The position numbers and the translations under genes are program-made. Below are positions 29,982 to 41,111 of a DNA stretch of 64,000 bases, piece by piece. The stretch lies in IMG/VR virus record IMGVR_UViG_2872355237_000003; one strand, given 5' to 3'. Position 1 is the first letter of the stretch, and the number at the start of each line of letters is the position of its first letter. Under the pieces are notes generated by a model. It was not told where the DNA came from and searched no databases. It saw only the letters and a program-made list of their open reading frames with translations. Origin of the DNA: a virus. Lineage: Duplodnaviria > Caudoviricetes.

Positions 29982-30956
29982 ATGGCATTTAGAGAACCAA
30001 GAGAAAATAAAATAGGTGGGAAATTCTTAGTAGAAGGACTTACTCATGAAGGAAAATCATGGTTTGGTCTTACTTTCCCTAAAATCGGGGCTATTGATAG
30101 CGAAGCAGGTTTAGCATTTGAAGAAGGCAGAGATATTGAAATAGGTGGTAAAAAATATAATAACTTAAAATTCGTTGATACTACTAGTGATTTAGATACT
30201 TTAGAAGAAGATTTAGATGCTATCATGGATGGAGAAGTCGAAATAGAAACATTATTAATAGATTCAGAAACTAAATTTTATAATACAATTGACATTGGAG
30301 CAACAGAAGTTGAAGAAAGAAAGGCTAGAGCAAATGGAAAAAATGTAGATGCTAGAAGCAAATGGGGAAGAGTAAAAAATATAGTTATGAAATTACAACA
30401 GGCAAAAATAACATTATCTGCACAAGGCAAACATATTGTATCAACTGCACAGGCTAAAGAAATTACAGATGATAAAACTCAAAAAGTAATAGGATATAAA
30501 CCTGATGTTCATAAATCTTTACCTTTTGATTATGATGTTATTTTAAGATTCTTTGCTGAAACTGATAAAAAAACAAATGAAAGAAAGTTTTATGCGGAAG
30601 TTTTAAAAGATAGAACTCATGTAACTAAGGTAGGAGATATTATTGAAAATTGTACATATGATACTTGGAAGTCTTATTTTGATAAAAGAAATCAGACGGG
30701 TTCTAAATTAGAAACAAACTTTTCAAAAGACCTTAATAATTCTATATCGGGAGTTCTAAATAGAGCAGAGCAATCAGAACAACTAGCTAAAGAATTTAGA
30801 AAACTTGTAACATCAGAAGAATTAAAAGGGGAAAGTGAGAAACAACAATTAATTAAAAATAAATTAAAAGAATTAAAAATAGAAGTTAAGAACATAGAGC
30901 TTACAGACTCAAAGACTTTACAAGAATTGATATCTTATATTAAAACTTTAATATAA
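29982..30956 (+). CDS. AAA_24-type phage ATPase
   Basis: GLTHEGKS Walker A variant, IDSE, LLIDSET Walker B. Confidence 0.75.
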   Translation: MAFREPRENKIGGKFLVEGLTHEGKSWFGLTFPKIGAIDSEAGLAFEEGRDIEIGGKKYNNLKFVDTTSDLDTLEEDLDAIMDGEVEIETLLIDSETKFYNTIDIGATEVEERKARANGKNVDARSKWGRVKNIVMKLQQAKITLSAQGKHIVSTAQAKEITDDKTQKVIGYKPDVHKSLPFDYDVILRFFAETDKKTNERKFYAEVLKDRTHVTKVGDIIENCTYDTWKSYFDKRNQTGSKLETNFSKDLNNSISGVLNRAEQSEQLAKEFRKLVTSEELKGESEKQQLIKNKLKELKIEVKNIELTDSKTLQELISYIKTLI

Positions 30957-31014
30957 AACTAAATAGGGAAGAAGAATTCTTCCCTATGATTTTAATATGA
31001 AAGGGAGAATTAGA

Positions 31015-31461
31015 ATGGATAAAAAGATTGAACATCAAAAGTTTCTTCAATTATGTGAATATGTCCATACGGAAATATTAGAATACAGTAAAGATATTAA
31101 ATTCCCAAAACATTTGGCTTTAAGATTAAGAGGGTTACATAAAGGACAGTTCGTAGCCAAAAATAACGCCAAACCATTAGCTAATTATGATTATGAAGCT
31201 ATATTATTAACATTCAAAATGTGTAAATTCGATATCCTGTATAAGATTAGACAGAAAGACAATTTTAAAGATGAAAAACATAGGATTAATTATATGATGG
31301 TTATTATTGAAGATAAAATTAATGATGTTGTATTAAAAATAGAAAAGAATAAAAAGGCTAAACGGAAATCAGAATTAATAGAAATACATGATGACAAAGG
31401 TGCTGAGTATCAAATAAAAACTAAGGAGATTAAAAGTAGTGTAATTAATAATCTGTGGTAA
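31015..31461 (+). CDS. Hypothetical replication-module protein
   Basis: AGGGAG RBS; lies between ATPase and helicase. Confidence 0.65.
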   Translation: MDKKIEHQKFLQLCEYVHTEILEYSKDIKFPKHLALRLRGLHKGQFVAKNNAKPLANYDYEAILLTFKMCKFDILYKIRQKDNFKDEKHRINYMMVIIEDKINDVVLKIEKNKKAKRKSELIEIHDDKGAEYQIKTKEIKSSVINNLW

Positions 31462-31473
31462 AGGAGACTTTTA

Positions 31474-32970
31474 ATGAGCAAAGATACTAATATAGAAAAT
31501 AAATTGAAGGATGATGAAATTAAAGCGTTATTACAAATTAAAGAATTTAAAAAGAATTGCGAAGCAAATATAGTATCTATATTATGGAAGCAACCTGATT
31601 TATATTATACATATGATTCTTTGGCATTAGAATCCTTTACACATAATGAATGGAGAGTATTTTGGCAAATAGGATATGACATAGTTATAAAAGAAAACAA
31701 GCCTAATTTAGACGAAGTTACTATAGGTATGTATTTAGAAAAGCATCATAGTCTTAGAGAAAAATATGAGGAATATGGTGGTTTTGAAAAGATTCAGTTA
31801 GCAACAGAATATATTAAAGTGGAGAATATCAATGGCTATATATCTGAATTAAATAAATGGAATACTGTAATAATGTTAGCTAAAGCAAAATTTCCAATAG
31901 CAAATAGGTTAAAAGAATTCATAGATTTAAGTGCCGAAGATATATATGACGAGTATGAAGCACTATTAAATCATATATTTATTAATGTTGAAGGCGACGA
32001 TTGTACATATGATATAGCGGATGGCATAGATGAACTTATAGACGAGTTAGATCAAGGTTTAGCAGTAGGATTACCTTTATATAATTCAGATATACTAAAT
32101 AAGGAAATAGGTGGTAATCTCGTAGGTAATATAACTTTATGTGGAGGATTATCAGGAGTTGGTAAAACAACATTTTCAAGAAATGTACTATTACCCTCTA
32201 TCATAGAACATGATGAAAAATTAGTTATTATGATTAATGAAGAAGGTAAGAAAAAGTGGCAAAGAGAGTTGTTAATATGGGTTGCTAACAATGTTTACAA
32301 AACAGATGTTCAAAAGTATAAATTAAGAAATGGTAAATACTCATCTGAATTCAAAACTTTTCTAAAAGAGAAGTGTGCCAAATGGATAAAGGATCATAGA
32401 AAAAATATACTATTAAAACCATTTAGTAAATATACAACTAGCAAAGCTATTAAATGTATTAAAAAATATGCACATATGGGTGTTAGATATTTCATGCTTG
32501 ATACATTTAAAGCCGATGCAAACGGAAATATAAGCGATACTATGTGGTTAGGTATGCAACAGGCTATGGTAAATATATATGACACTATAAAAGAAGAATC
32601 ATTAAATGTACATATATGGATTACATTTCAGCTATCTAAAAGCAGTTCAAAACAAAGATATTATACTATGGATAATATAGGTATGGCTAAAAATATGATA
32701 GACGTTGCTTCAACTTGCTTAATGATTAGAAATTTATTTGATGATGAATATGATGGAGAAAAACATAAATTAAATGTATATAAATTAGCGGGTAAAAATG
32801 GTAAAACTAAAATTCCTGTTAAGCTAGATAAAAGTAAACATTATCAGATTATATTTATAATCAAAAATAGGGAAGGTAGCTCAAATGACTATCAAATAGT
32901 AGTAGAACATGATTTATCACGAAATACATATAATGAAGTAGGTATAACAGTAGTTCCTACAGATTGGTAG
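31474..32970 (+). CDS. dnaB: DnaB-like replicative helicase
   Basis: GLSGVGKT, INEE, FMLDTFK, TFQL, IKNREG. Confidence 0.88.
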   Translation: MSKDTNIENKLKDDEIKALLQIKEFKKNCEANIVSILWKQPDLYYTYDSLALESFTHNEWRVFWQIGYDIVIKENKPNLDEVTIGMYLEKHHSLREKYEEYGGFEKIQLATEYIKVENINGYISELNKWNTVIMLAKAKFPIANRLKEFIDLSAEDIYDEYEALLNHIFINVEGDDCTYDIADGIDELIDELDQGLAVGLPLYNSDILNKEIGGNLVGNITLCGGLSGVGKTTFSRNVLLPSIIEHDEKLVIMINEEGKKKWQRELLIWVANNVYKTDVQKYKLRNGKYSSEFKTFLKEKCAKWIKDHRKNILLKPFSKYTTSKAIKCIKKYAHMGVRYFMLDTFKADANGNISDTMWLGMQQAMVNIYDTIKEESLNVHIWITFQLSKSSSKQRYYTMDNIGMAKNMIDVASTCLMIRNLFDDEYDGEKHKLNVYKLAGKNGKTKIPVKLDKSKHYQIIFIIKNREGSSNDYQIVVEHDLSRNTYNEVGITVVPTDW

Positions 32971-32982
32971 GTGAGTATATGA

Positions 32983-34008
32983 ATGTTGGCATACGAATTA
33001 AAGAAACACATAATCGAAAAGGATGAAACCATTAATGTTTTAGAATCTATTGGGTGTCATGGAATTAAAATATATCCCAAAGAATATAGATGCGGTTTAC
33101 CGGAACATAGAAATACTACTTCAGTAGCTATAAAAAAAGATACTTTAAAAGTAAAAATATTTAGAAATGAAAAAGTTATAAGAGGAGATATTTTTACTTT
33201 AGTTATGGAGATAAAAAAATATGAATTTCCACAAGCAGTGAAATATTTACATGAAATATTAGGACTAAAATATACTTTTAATATTAAAGATATTGAAAAA
33301 GAACAAAAGAACGATATTTTGGATGTATTCAAAAAAGCAATACAAAAGAAACATTTAAATAATGATGTAGATGAATTAAAAATTTATAATGAAGATATTT
33401 GCAGAGAAATAATTCAAATACCATACATAGGGTGGATCAGAGAGGGGATAATGCCTTTTACTCAAGAAAGATTTAATATTGGCTATAGTAGAGAAAAAAA
33501 TAGAATAGCAATACCTCATCGTTTTTGGTGCGGTAGAGAAAATGAGTATGTGGGAGTTATGGGAAGAACCTTAGTAAAAAACTATGATTTATTGGATATT
33601 CCAAAATACTTTCCGTTAAAAGCGTTTCCTAAAAGTATGAATTTGTATGGATTACAAGAAAATTATAAATATATACAAAAGGCAAATAAGATAATTGTAT
33701 TTGAGGCAGAAAAGTCGGTGTTAAAAGCACATTCTTTCTTATGTAGATTAGGCGTTGCATTAGGAGGGCATGAATTATGTCCTGAACAAATTAGAATATT
33801 ACTAGGCTTAGATGTCGAGATTATATTTGCTATGGACAACGATATGAATGAACAGTTATCTATAGATATGTGTAATAAAGTTCGATCATTTAGAAGAACC
33901 AGTTATATATATGATAAATGGGGTTTATTAGGTGAAAAAGATAGCCCTGTTGATAAAGGGATGAAAGTATTTAAAGCTTTATATAATAATAGAATTAAAA
34001 TAGTATAG
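32983..34008 (+). CDS. dnaG: DNA primase (TOPRIM)
   Basis: GDIFTLV, RIAIP, GRT, LYGL, FEAEKS, AMDND. Confidence 0.88.
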   Translation: MLAYELKKHIIEKDETINVLESIGCHGIKIYPKEYRCGLPEHRNTTSVAIKKDTLKVKIFRNEKVIRGDIFTLVMEIKKYEFPQAVKYLHEILGLKYTFNIKDIEKEQKNDILDVFKKAIQKKHLNNDVDELKIYNEDICREIIQIPYIGWIREGIMPFTQERFNIGYSREKNRIAIPHRFWCGRENEYVGVMGRTLVKNYDLLDIPKYFPLKAFPKSMNLYGLQENYKYIQKANKIIVFEAEKSVLKAHSFLCRLGVALGGHELCPEQIRILLGLDVEIIFAMDNDMNEQLSIDMCNKVRSFRRTSYIYDKWGLLGEKDSPVDKGMKVFKALYNNRIKIV

Positions 34009-34018
34009 GGGGAGTTAC

Positions 34019-35173
34019 ATGAGAAAGACTAAAGAACAATTAAATCAAATAAAAGAAAAGTATAGAGTCGATGAATTATGGTCATGGTCAAAATATCATT
34101 CGTACAAAACTGATCCGTATGGGTGGTATTTAAAATACCTTAAGCATGAAAAAGAAACAAAGCAAAGTATTTATGGTGTTGAAGGAGGGGCTTGCCATGA
34201 TATTATAGAGCAATTTTATTTAGGTAAGATTAAATACGAACAAATGATTGAAGAATATGAGAATAAGCTATTTGAAATTAATTTATCAGGATTAAAATAT
34301 AATCGTAAAGATGAAAAGGCAAATGAAAAAATAGCTAATAAATATGAAGAATGTGTAAGACTATTTTATCAAGAACATACACCTATAAAACAAAAAGCAA
34401 TAACAGAACAGTTTATACTAATTAAAGTAGGAGAACATATATTTCAAGGATATATAGATTTTATACATAAAGACGAAGATAATAATTATATAATTACGGA
34501 TTGGAAAACATCAACCATATATCAAGGAAAAAGAATTGATAAAGAAAAAGGACAATTGGTATTGTATGCAGAGGGATTAATTCAAAAAGGGGTTCCGATA
34601 GATAAAATTAAAATTAGATGGGATTTTCTCAAATATTCCAAACTTACATATACTTTAGCAGGAATTGATAAGAAAACAAAACAACATAAAATATCTACCA
34701 AAAATGTATTAAGAAATGAATGGGTTAAATCCATAGAAAATAATTTGAAAATGTGGCTAAAAAAATCAAAACAATATGATGAATTAGAAATAGAAGATAT
34801 GGTGGCTACAGCAATTGAAAATAATAATTTAGATGATATACCTGAAGATATACAACAAAAATATAAACGAGAGGATTGCTATGTGTATATACCTTTAACA
34901 AAAGATTCAATAGATGAATTAAAAGAGGATATAATAAATACTATTGATGAAATTCAATTAAATAAAAAAGCTTATGATTCTACGGAAGATGATAGAATAT
35001 GGTGGACAAATATAGATAAGTCTAACGAATTTTATTTTGCTAATTTATGTGGATATAGCGCAAAACAGCATAAACCATATAGAGAGTATTTAGACGACTT
35101 AAATTTGTTTGTTAAGAATAGAGAAAATAACGAAGAAGAAACGGATGATAGTTGGTTAAATGAATTAGATTAA
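34019..35173 (+). CDS. PD-(D/E)xK (RecB/AddB-like) exonuclease
   Basis: WSWSK, GGACH, FQGYIDFI, ITDWKT, QLVLYA. Confidence 0.85.
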   Translation: MRKTKEQLNQIKEKYRVDELWSWSKYHSYKTDPYGWYLKYLKHEKETKQSIYGVEGGACHDIIEQFYLGKIKYEQMIEEYENKLFEINLSGLKYNRKDEKANEKIANKYEECVRLFYQEHTPIKQKAITEQFILIKVGEHIFQGYIDFIHKDEDNNYIITDWKTSTIYQGKRIDKEKGQLVLYAEGLIQKGVPIDKIKIRWDFLKYSKLTYTLAGIDKKTKQHKISTKNVLRNEWVKSIENNLKMWLKKSKQYDELEIEDMVATAIENNNLDDIPEDIQQKYKREDCYVYIPLTKDSIDELKEDIINTIDEIQLNKKAYDSTEDDRIWWTNIDKSNEFYFANLCGYSAKQHKPYREYLDDLNLFVKNRENNEEETDDSWLNELD

Positions 35174-35208
35174 ATATAAAAGATAAAATTAAAATAGGGA
35201 GGGGTTAA

Positions 35209-38200
35209 ATGAAATTTCAGATACCAATGGATATTAAAAATACTATAAAGACGTATTTACCATATCATATACATACAGAGTTGTCTCTTTTAGATAGTTG
35301 TACAAACTACAAAGAATATATAGATTTATGTGTGAAGTATAATATTCCCGCTATTGCGTTTTCAGAACATGGTAATATAATGAATTGGTTTGAAAAGAAA
35401 CAGTATTGTGATAAGAAGGGAATTAAGTTTATTTTTGCTTGTGAGGTGTATTTAACTGAAAATTTAGAAGAAAAGAAAAGAGATAATTACCATACTGTAT
35501 TAATAGCAAAAAATAATAAAGGAGCAGAAGAGTTAAAAGAATTAATATCATTATCCAATAATCCTAGTCATTTTTATTATTCTCCAAGATTGACATTTGA
35601 TGAATTTTTAAGTATATCTGATAATATAATTTCTACCTCAGCGTGTTTGGCGTCTCCTTTAAATCGTTTAAATATAAACAATCAATATTATTTAAAATTG
35701 GCAAATAAATACACATATTTTGAAATACAACCTCATGATTATCAAGCACAAAGAGACTATAATACGCATTTATGTAAATTGGCTAAAAAATTAAATAAAC
35801 CTTTAATATTAGGGACAGATACACACTCATCTACAAAATATAAAGCTGAATGTAGAACTATACTTAAAACGGCAAAAAGAATGGTGTATGATGATGAGGA
35901 TTCATTTGATTTAACTTTTCAAACTATAGATAGTTTATTAGAAAAGTATAATCAGCAACGCGGAAAAGATAATTTAATTCCTTTTGAAGATTATATACAG
36001 GCTATAATAAATACTAATGAGTTAAATAATCAAATCAAATCGGTGTCTTTTGACATGTCTTTTAAATATCCCAACTTATATCCTGATGAAGAAAAGTATT
36101 TTAAAACAAAAATATTAACAATGTATAATGAAAAAGTTCAAAATGGTGTAATTAATGGAAAAAATAAAAAATATAAAGAGTCAATCAAGGAAGAATGTAA
36201 AGTATTCAAGAAATTAGGTATGTTTAGTTTTATGTTATTTATGAGTGAATTAGTAATATGGTGTCATGAAAATGATATACCAACAGGATTTTGTAGAGGA
36301 AGTGTTGGAGGAAGTACAATAGCATATATTTTAGATATTATAGATGTAGACCCTGTTAAGTGGGGAACTATATTCTCACGTTTTGCAAACGAAGACAGAG
36401 TGAGTTTAGGGGATATTGATTTGGATTTCCCACCTAAAGATAGAGATAAAGTATATAAATATATAATTGATAGATTTGGTGAAGAGTATACGTGTTATAT
36501 ACTAACTACAGGCACAATAGCGGATAAAGGTACTATAGATGAAATTGCTAGAGCTTTAACTATTAGTAAAAATATAGATAATAGTGTAAAACAAAAATAT
36601 AGTATAAACAATACTAAAATAATTAAACAGACTTTTGATGAAATACAACAAGAGTATACAAAAATATATAACGCATTAACTAATAAGGATAAAAAATCAT
36701 TAGATTTTTTACAACATGAAAAATATTTATCCGAATTGAAAGAATTAGATATAGAACAGAAACATATAGATACTTTTGTTAATTCGTATAGTAGGTTTAT
36801 ACAACTTGAACAAGATTACACAGAGTTATTTTATTATTTCAAAGGTTTAAAAGGTACTGTTATTAATAAAGGAATTCATCCTGCAGGTATTGTAGCATCA
36901 CCAGTGTTATTAAAAAATAATATTGGACTAATGTATAATGAAGGAAAATGGGTGTCACAAATAAATATGGATGAATTACATGATTTAAATTATGTTAAAT
37001 ATGATATATTAGGATTAAAAAATATAGGAATAATTAAAGATACATATAAATTAATTAATTCACACTACTTAAAATCGCATGAAATTAACTGGAATGATCA
37101 AGAAGTATGGAATAACATAATAAATTCTCCTGTAGGAATATTTCAATTTGAAGGTAAATACGCTTTTGAATTATTGAAGAATTACATATCAAGAAAAATA
37201 TCTGAAAGCGAACCATTAAAAATTAATGATTTATCACTTGTTAACGCTTCATTAAGACCATCAGGTAAAAGTTATAGAGATAGATTAATTGCAGGTGAGT
37301 ACAACCATAATCCTTCAAAAGAAATAGATGAATTATTAAAAGATAATAATGGATTTTTAGTATTTCAAGAGGATACTTTAAAATTCTTAATGGATATTTG
37401 TGGTTTCACAGGTAGTCATGCTGACAATGTAAGACGTGCCATAGGGAGTAAAAAAGAGAAGGAATTAGAAGAAGAATTACCTAAAATTTTAAAAGGTTAT
37501 TGTGAATTTTCTAATAAGCCTACAGAACAGGCGGAACAAGAAGCAAAACAATTTATACAAATATTATCAGATAGTGCAAATTATCAATTTGGATATAATC
37601 ACTCAACAGGATACTCAATGATAGGTTATAATTGCGGAATGTTAAGACGTTATTATCCTTTAGAATTTGCTACAGCGTACTTAAATAACGCAGATAATGA
37701 AGCTGATATTGTGGCGGGGACAGAGTTAATTAAACAATTAAATATCACAATATTACCACCTAAATTTAGATATTCTAAATCAGAATATATGTGTGATAAA
37801 GAACAAAATTCTATATATAAAGGCTTGTCTTCAATCAAATATATATCTAAGCAAGTTGCAGATGAGTTATTCCAATTAAAAAATGAAAAGTATAATGATT
37901 TTATAGAAGTATTATATGATTTAAATACGAAAACATCTATCAATTCAAGACAACTAGATATATTAATTAAATTGAATTATTTCTCTGAATTTGGCAAATC
38001 TAAAAAGCTATTAAAAATAACAGAGTTAGCAGACAATCTTTTAAATAAGAAACAGATTAAAAAAGAAAAACTAAATGAGTTAAGCTTAACTGAAGATGTA
38101 GTAAGAAAATATGCACAGAAAGAAACAGAGAAATTATTCAAAGATATTGATATGAATAGTTTAATAAAAGAAATTATGCAAGGAATTAAGAATCAAAGTG

Positions 38201-38544
38201 TGTCAATTAAGGATCAGTTACAAGCAGAAATAGAGTATTTAGGATATCCTAAGACTATAATACCAAAAGCAAGTGATAACTTCTTTTATGTTACAGAATT
38301 AAAAATATTTAAAAATAAAAGAAGTATTACATATTACCCTGTATTATATAGTGTTAAAAACGGAAACATTATCCAAAAGAAATTAAAAGATTTTAGACTA
38401 TTTGCAGAAAACCCATTTAAGGAGGGGTGTATAGTTCAAGTTATTCAAGAAAGTAAAGAACCTAAAAGGAAAATGGTAAACGGACATTGGACAAAATCAG
38501 AAACGGAATTTAATGAGATTATAGAAGCTTGGGAGGTGTATTAA
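35209..38544 (+). CDS. dnaE: DNA polymerase III alpha subunit
   Basis: PHP domain HIHTELSLLD, RGSVGGS, DIDLDF, HPAGIV, KYDILGL, FGYNHS. Confidence 0.96.
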   Translation: MKFQIPMDIKNTIKTYLPYHIHTELSLLDSCTNYKEYIDLCVKYNIPAIAFSEHGNIMNWFEKKQYCDKKGIKFIFACEVYLTENLEEKKRDNYHTVLIAKNNKGAEELKELISLSNNPSHFYYSPRLTFDEFLSISDNIISTSACLASPLNRLNINNQYYLKLANKYTYFEIQPHDYQAQRDYNTHLCKLAKKLNKPLILGTDTHSSTKYKAECRTILKTAKRMVYDDEDSFDLTFQTIDSLLEKYNQQRGKDNLIPFEDYIQAIINTNELNNQIKSVSFDMSFKYPNLYPDEEKYFKTKILTMYNEKVQNGVINGKNKKYKESIKEECKVFKKLGMFSFMLFMSELVIWCHENDIPTGFCRGSVGGSTIAYILDIIDVDPVKWGTIFSRFANEDRVSLGDIDLDFPPKDRDKVYKYIIDRFGEEYTCYILTTGTIADKGTIDEIARALTISKNIDNSVKQKYSINNTKIIKQTFDEIQQEYTKIYNALTNKDKKSLDFLQHEKYLSELKELDIEQKHIDTFVNSYSRFIQLEQDYTELFYYFKGLKGTVINKGIHPAGIVASPVLLKNNIGLMYNEGKWVSQINMDELHDLNYVKYDILGLKNIGIIKDTYKLINSHYLKSHEINWNDQEVWNNIINSPVGIFQFEGKYAFELLKNYISRKISESEPLKINDLSLVNASLRPSGKSYRDRLIAGEYNHNPSKEIDELLKDNNGFLVFQEDTLKFLMDICGFTGSHADNVRRAIGSKKEKELEEELPKILKGYCEFSNKPTEQAEQEAKQFIQILSDSANYQFGYNHSTGYSMIGYNCGMLRRYYPLEFATAYLNNADNEADIVAGTELIKQLNITILPPKFRYSKSEYMCDKEQNSIYKGLSSIKYISKQVADELFQLKNEKYNDFIEVLYDLNTKTSINSRQLDILIKLNYFSEFGKSKKLLKITELADNLLNKKQIKKEKLNELSLTEDVVRKYAQKETEKLFKDIDMNSLIKEIMQGIKNQSVSIKDQLQAEIEYLGYPKTIIPKASDNFFYVTELKIFKNKRSITYYPVLYSVKNGNIIQKKLKDFRLFAENPFKEGCIVQVIQESKEPKRKMVNGHWTKSETEFNEIIEAWEVY

Positions 38545-40787
38545 TGGCAGAAGTTATTGAAAAGTTTAGAGGGAAAATAGAAAGATGTTTATACTCAAAA
38601 GATGATTATAAAATTTATAAAATACAGATCAACAAAAATAAATATTCTAATATTAAAGTTAATGACAATAATGAGTATATTATATCAGGAGATGTACATA
38701 ATTTAGTTCCTAATGTTGAATATGAAATTATAGGTCAGGAAATACATAATAAATACGGTTATCAATATAAGATTTTAAATGTTCACAGGGATAAGCCTAC
38801 AGATGTAGAAAGTTCACGTAAATTTTTAAAAGAAGTTATAACGGAAAAACAAGCAGAAACATTATTGTCTGTATATCCTGATATAGTTGATAAGGTAATA
38901 CAAAATGATTTAGGTGATATAGATTTAAACTTGACATCTGGAATTAAAGAAAAGACATTTGATAAAATTAAAAACTCTATAATTAATAATTTTTGTCTAA
39001 TAGATTTAGTCGATAAATTCGACGGAAACATTTCTTTTTCTATAGTAAAGAAATTATATGATAAATATACATCTTCTGAAATTACATTACAAAAAATGAG
39101 ACAAGATCCTTATTCTTGTCTCTGTTCTTTAGGAAGGGTAGGTTTTAAAATTGCCGATAAGACACTTTTATTAATACAACAACAATCAAAAATCAAGAAG
39201 CAAAAAGGAGAATATGTTAAATTCAACTTTGATTATGATTTAATTACATCAAAACAAAGAATGAAAGCTTGTATAACGTATATACTCGAAGAAAACGAAC
39301 ATAACGGTAATACAAGAATAGATATAAAAGAAGTAAGAAAACAATGTAATAAATTAACTCCTCAATGTATTAATTATTTTGTAGATGTTATAAAGGAAAG
39401 TAAAGAAATACATATAGATAAAGCTAGTAAAACTTTATCTATGACTAAAGCATATCAATCTGAAAAATATATAGCAGAAACTATATTGAGTATGATCAAT
39501 AATGATAAAATGGTTTGGAATATAAATACTGAATTATATAGAGAAGATAAAGGAATAGAATTAACGGATGAACAAATAGGAGCGTTAGATTATTTATGTA
39601 AGTATAATGTAAGTATATTAACAGCTCCAGCAGGTAGCGGTAAGTCGCAGAGTGTTAAAATGATGGTAAATATGCTTGAAGATAATAACAAAAGTTATTT
39701 ATTAATGACTCCAACAGGTAAGGCAGGAGATGTATTAAGCGAATATACTAATAGAAATGCAGGTACTATTCATAGGCAATTAAAATATAATCCTCAAAAT
39801 GAAAATCCTTGGTTTTATAATGAAAAAAATAAATTAGACGTTGATACAGTTATTGTTGATGAATTTGGAATGGTAGATATTTATTTAATGAATCATTTAT
39901 TAGATGCTATTGATATACACAAAACAAAATTGGTATTAGTTTTTGACAGTTATCAATTAAGTAGTGTTGGCTGTGGTAATGTGGCACATGATTTATTAAT
40001 GAGCAAAGTAGTCCCTACTACAATTTTGACTAAGATATTTAGATACAATGAAGGTGGGTTAATGCAAATAGCCACCAAAATAAGAAATAGCGAAAAGTTC
40101 CTACCTTCTAATTTTAAAGGAGTTAAGATTTTTGGTAGTGAAAAGGATTATATTTACATAGAAAAGTCACAAACAAAAATGATAGATGAGATTATAAAAA
40201 TATATTCTAAACTGTTAAAAGATGGATATAAATTTGAAGATGTAATGGTGTTATCAGCGTATAATAAAGGTGACTACGGAACAAGGGAGATTAATAAAAA
40301 TATTCAAAAATTAGTACAAAATAACACAGAAAATAAATACTTACAAAGAGGAAATACTAAGTTTTATAAGGGAGATAAAGTAATTCAAATAACGAATAAT
40401 TATCAAGCTATGACAATTGAAGGCGAAGAAGTAGAAATATACAATGGCAATACAGGAGTTGTAATAGAAGTTAATTTTAATGAGATGGTAGTACAGTTCA
40501 AACATCATAATATCATTTACGCAAAAGACGACCTAGAACAACTAGAATTAGGTTATTGTGTATCTACACATAAATCGCAAGGAGATAATGCTAAAAATAT
40601 TATATTAATAACTCCAAGATCTCATACATATATGCTAAATTCTAATTTATTATATGTAGGAGTAACTCGTGGTAAGAAAAGAGTTTATCATATAGGAAAT
40701 ATAGCAACTATCAATATGATTATTAAAAAGAAAGAGAATTGGGAAAGAAATACCTTTCTTAAAGATTTGTTAATAAAGATAAATTAA
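38544..40787 (+). CDS. recD2: RecD2-like SF1B helicase
   Basis: YGYQY N-terminus, APAGSGKS, TIHR, VDEFGM, STHKSQG, YVGVTR; TAATG coupling to dnaE. Confidence 0.92.
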   Translation: MAEVIEKFRGKIERCLYSKDDYKIYKIQINKNKYSNIKVNDNNEYIISGDVHNLVPNVEYEIIGQEIHNKYGYQYKILNVHRDKPTDVESSRKFLKEVITEKQAETLLSVYPDIVDKVIQNDLGDIDLNLTSGIKEKTFDKIKNSIINNFCLIDLVDKFDGNISFSIVKKLYDKYTSSEITLQKMRQDPYSCLCSLGRVGFKIADKTLLLIQQQSKIKKQKGEYVKFNFDYDLITSKQRMKACITYILEENEHNGNTRIDIKEVRKQCNKLTPQCINYFVDVIKESKEIHIDKASKTLSMTKAYQSEKYIAETILSMINNDKMVWNINTELYREDKGIELTDEQIGALDYLCKYNVSILTAPAGSGKSQSVKMMVNMLEDNNKSYLLMTPTGKAGDVLSEYTNRNAGTIHRQLKYNPQNENPWFYNEKNKLDVDTVIVDEFGMVDIYLMNHLLDAIDIHKTKLVLVFDSYQLSSVGCGNVAHDLLMSKVVPTTILTKIFRYNEGGLMQIATKIRNSEKFLPSNFKGVKIFGSEKDYIYIEKSQTKMIDEIIKIYSKLLKDGYKFEDVMVLSAYNKGDYGTREINKNIQKLVQNNTENKYLQRGNTKFYKGDKVIQITNNYQAMTIEGEEVEIYNGNTGVVIEVNFNEMVVQFKHHNIIYAKDDLEQLELGYCVSTHKSQGDNAKNIILITPRSHTYMLNSNLLYVGVTRGKKRVYHIGNIATINMIIKKKENWERNTFLKDLLIKIN

Positions 40788-40834
40788 AATATATCAAATA
40801 AAGTATTGACAATCAAATATGAATATACTATAAT
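40776..40834 (+). promoter_or_regulatory. Consensus SigA promoter with conserved upstream box
   Basis: AATTAAAAT-15 nt-TTGACA (40806)-17 nt-TATAAT. Confidence 0.85.
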
Positions 40835-41000
40835 AATACTTGTAAGGTAAATACATACAAAACCTTATGAGTATTATTATTTATTTGGGAGGAAAATGAA
40901 AAATAATAAAAACAAACTTACACATACTCTCAAATACTCTGTTTTACTCGTGTTTTCAAGCTAAAAGATGACCATAAAATCAATGTTTTATTGTTAAATA

Positions 41001-41059
41001 AAAATAAATTAAAATATTCTAAAATATAACTTGACAATGTTGGTAAATGATGATAAACT
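41001..41059 (+). promoter_or_regulatory. SigA-type promoter with conserved upstream box
   Basis: AATTAAAAT-15 nt-TTGACA (41031)-17 nt-TAAACT with TG extension. Confidence 0.75.
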
Positions 41060-41111
41060 AGTAAACGTAGTAAGGAAGCGAATCAATCATTTAAAAAATG
41101 GAGGTGAGTAT

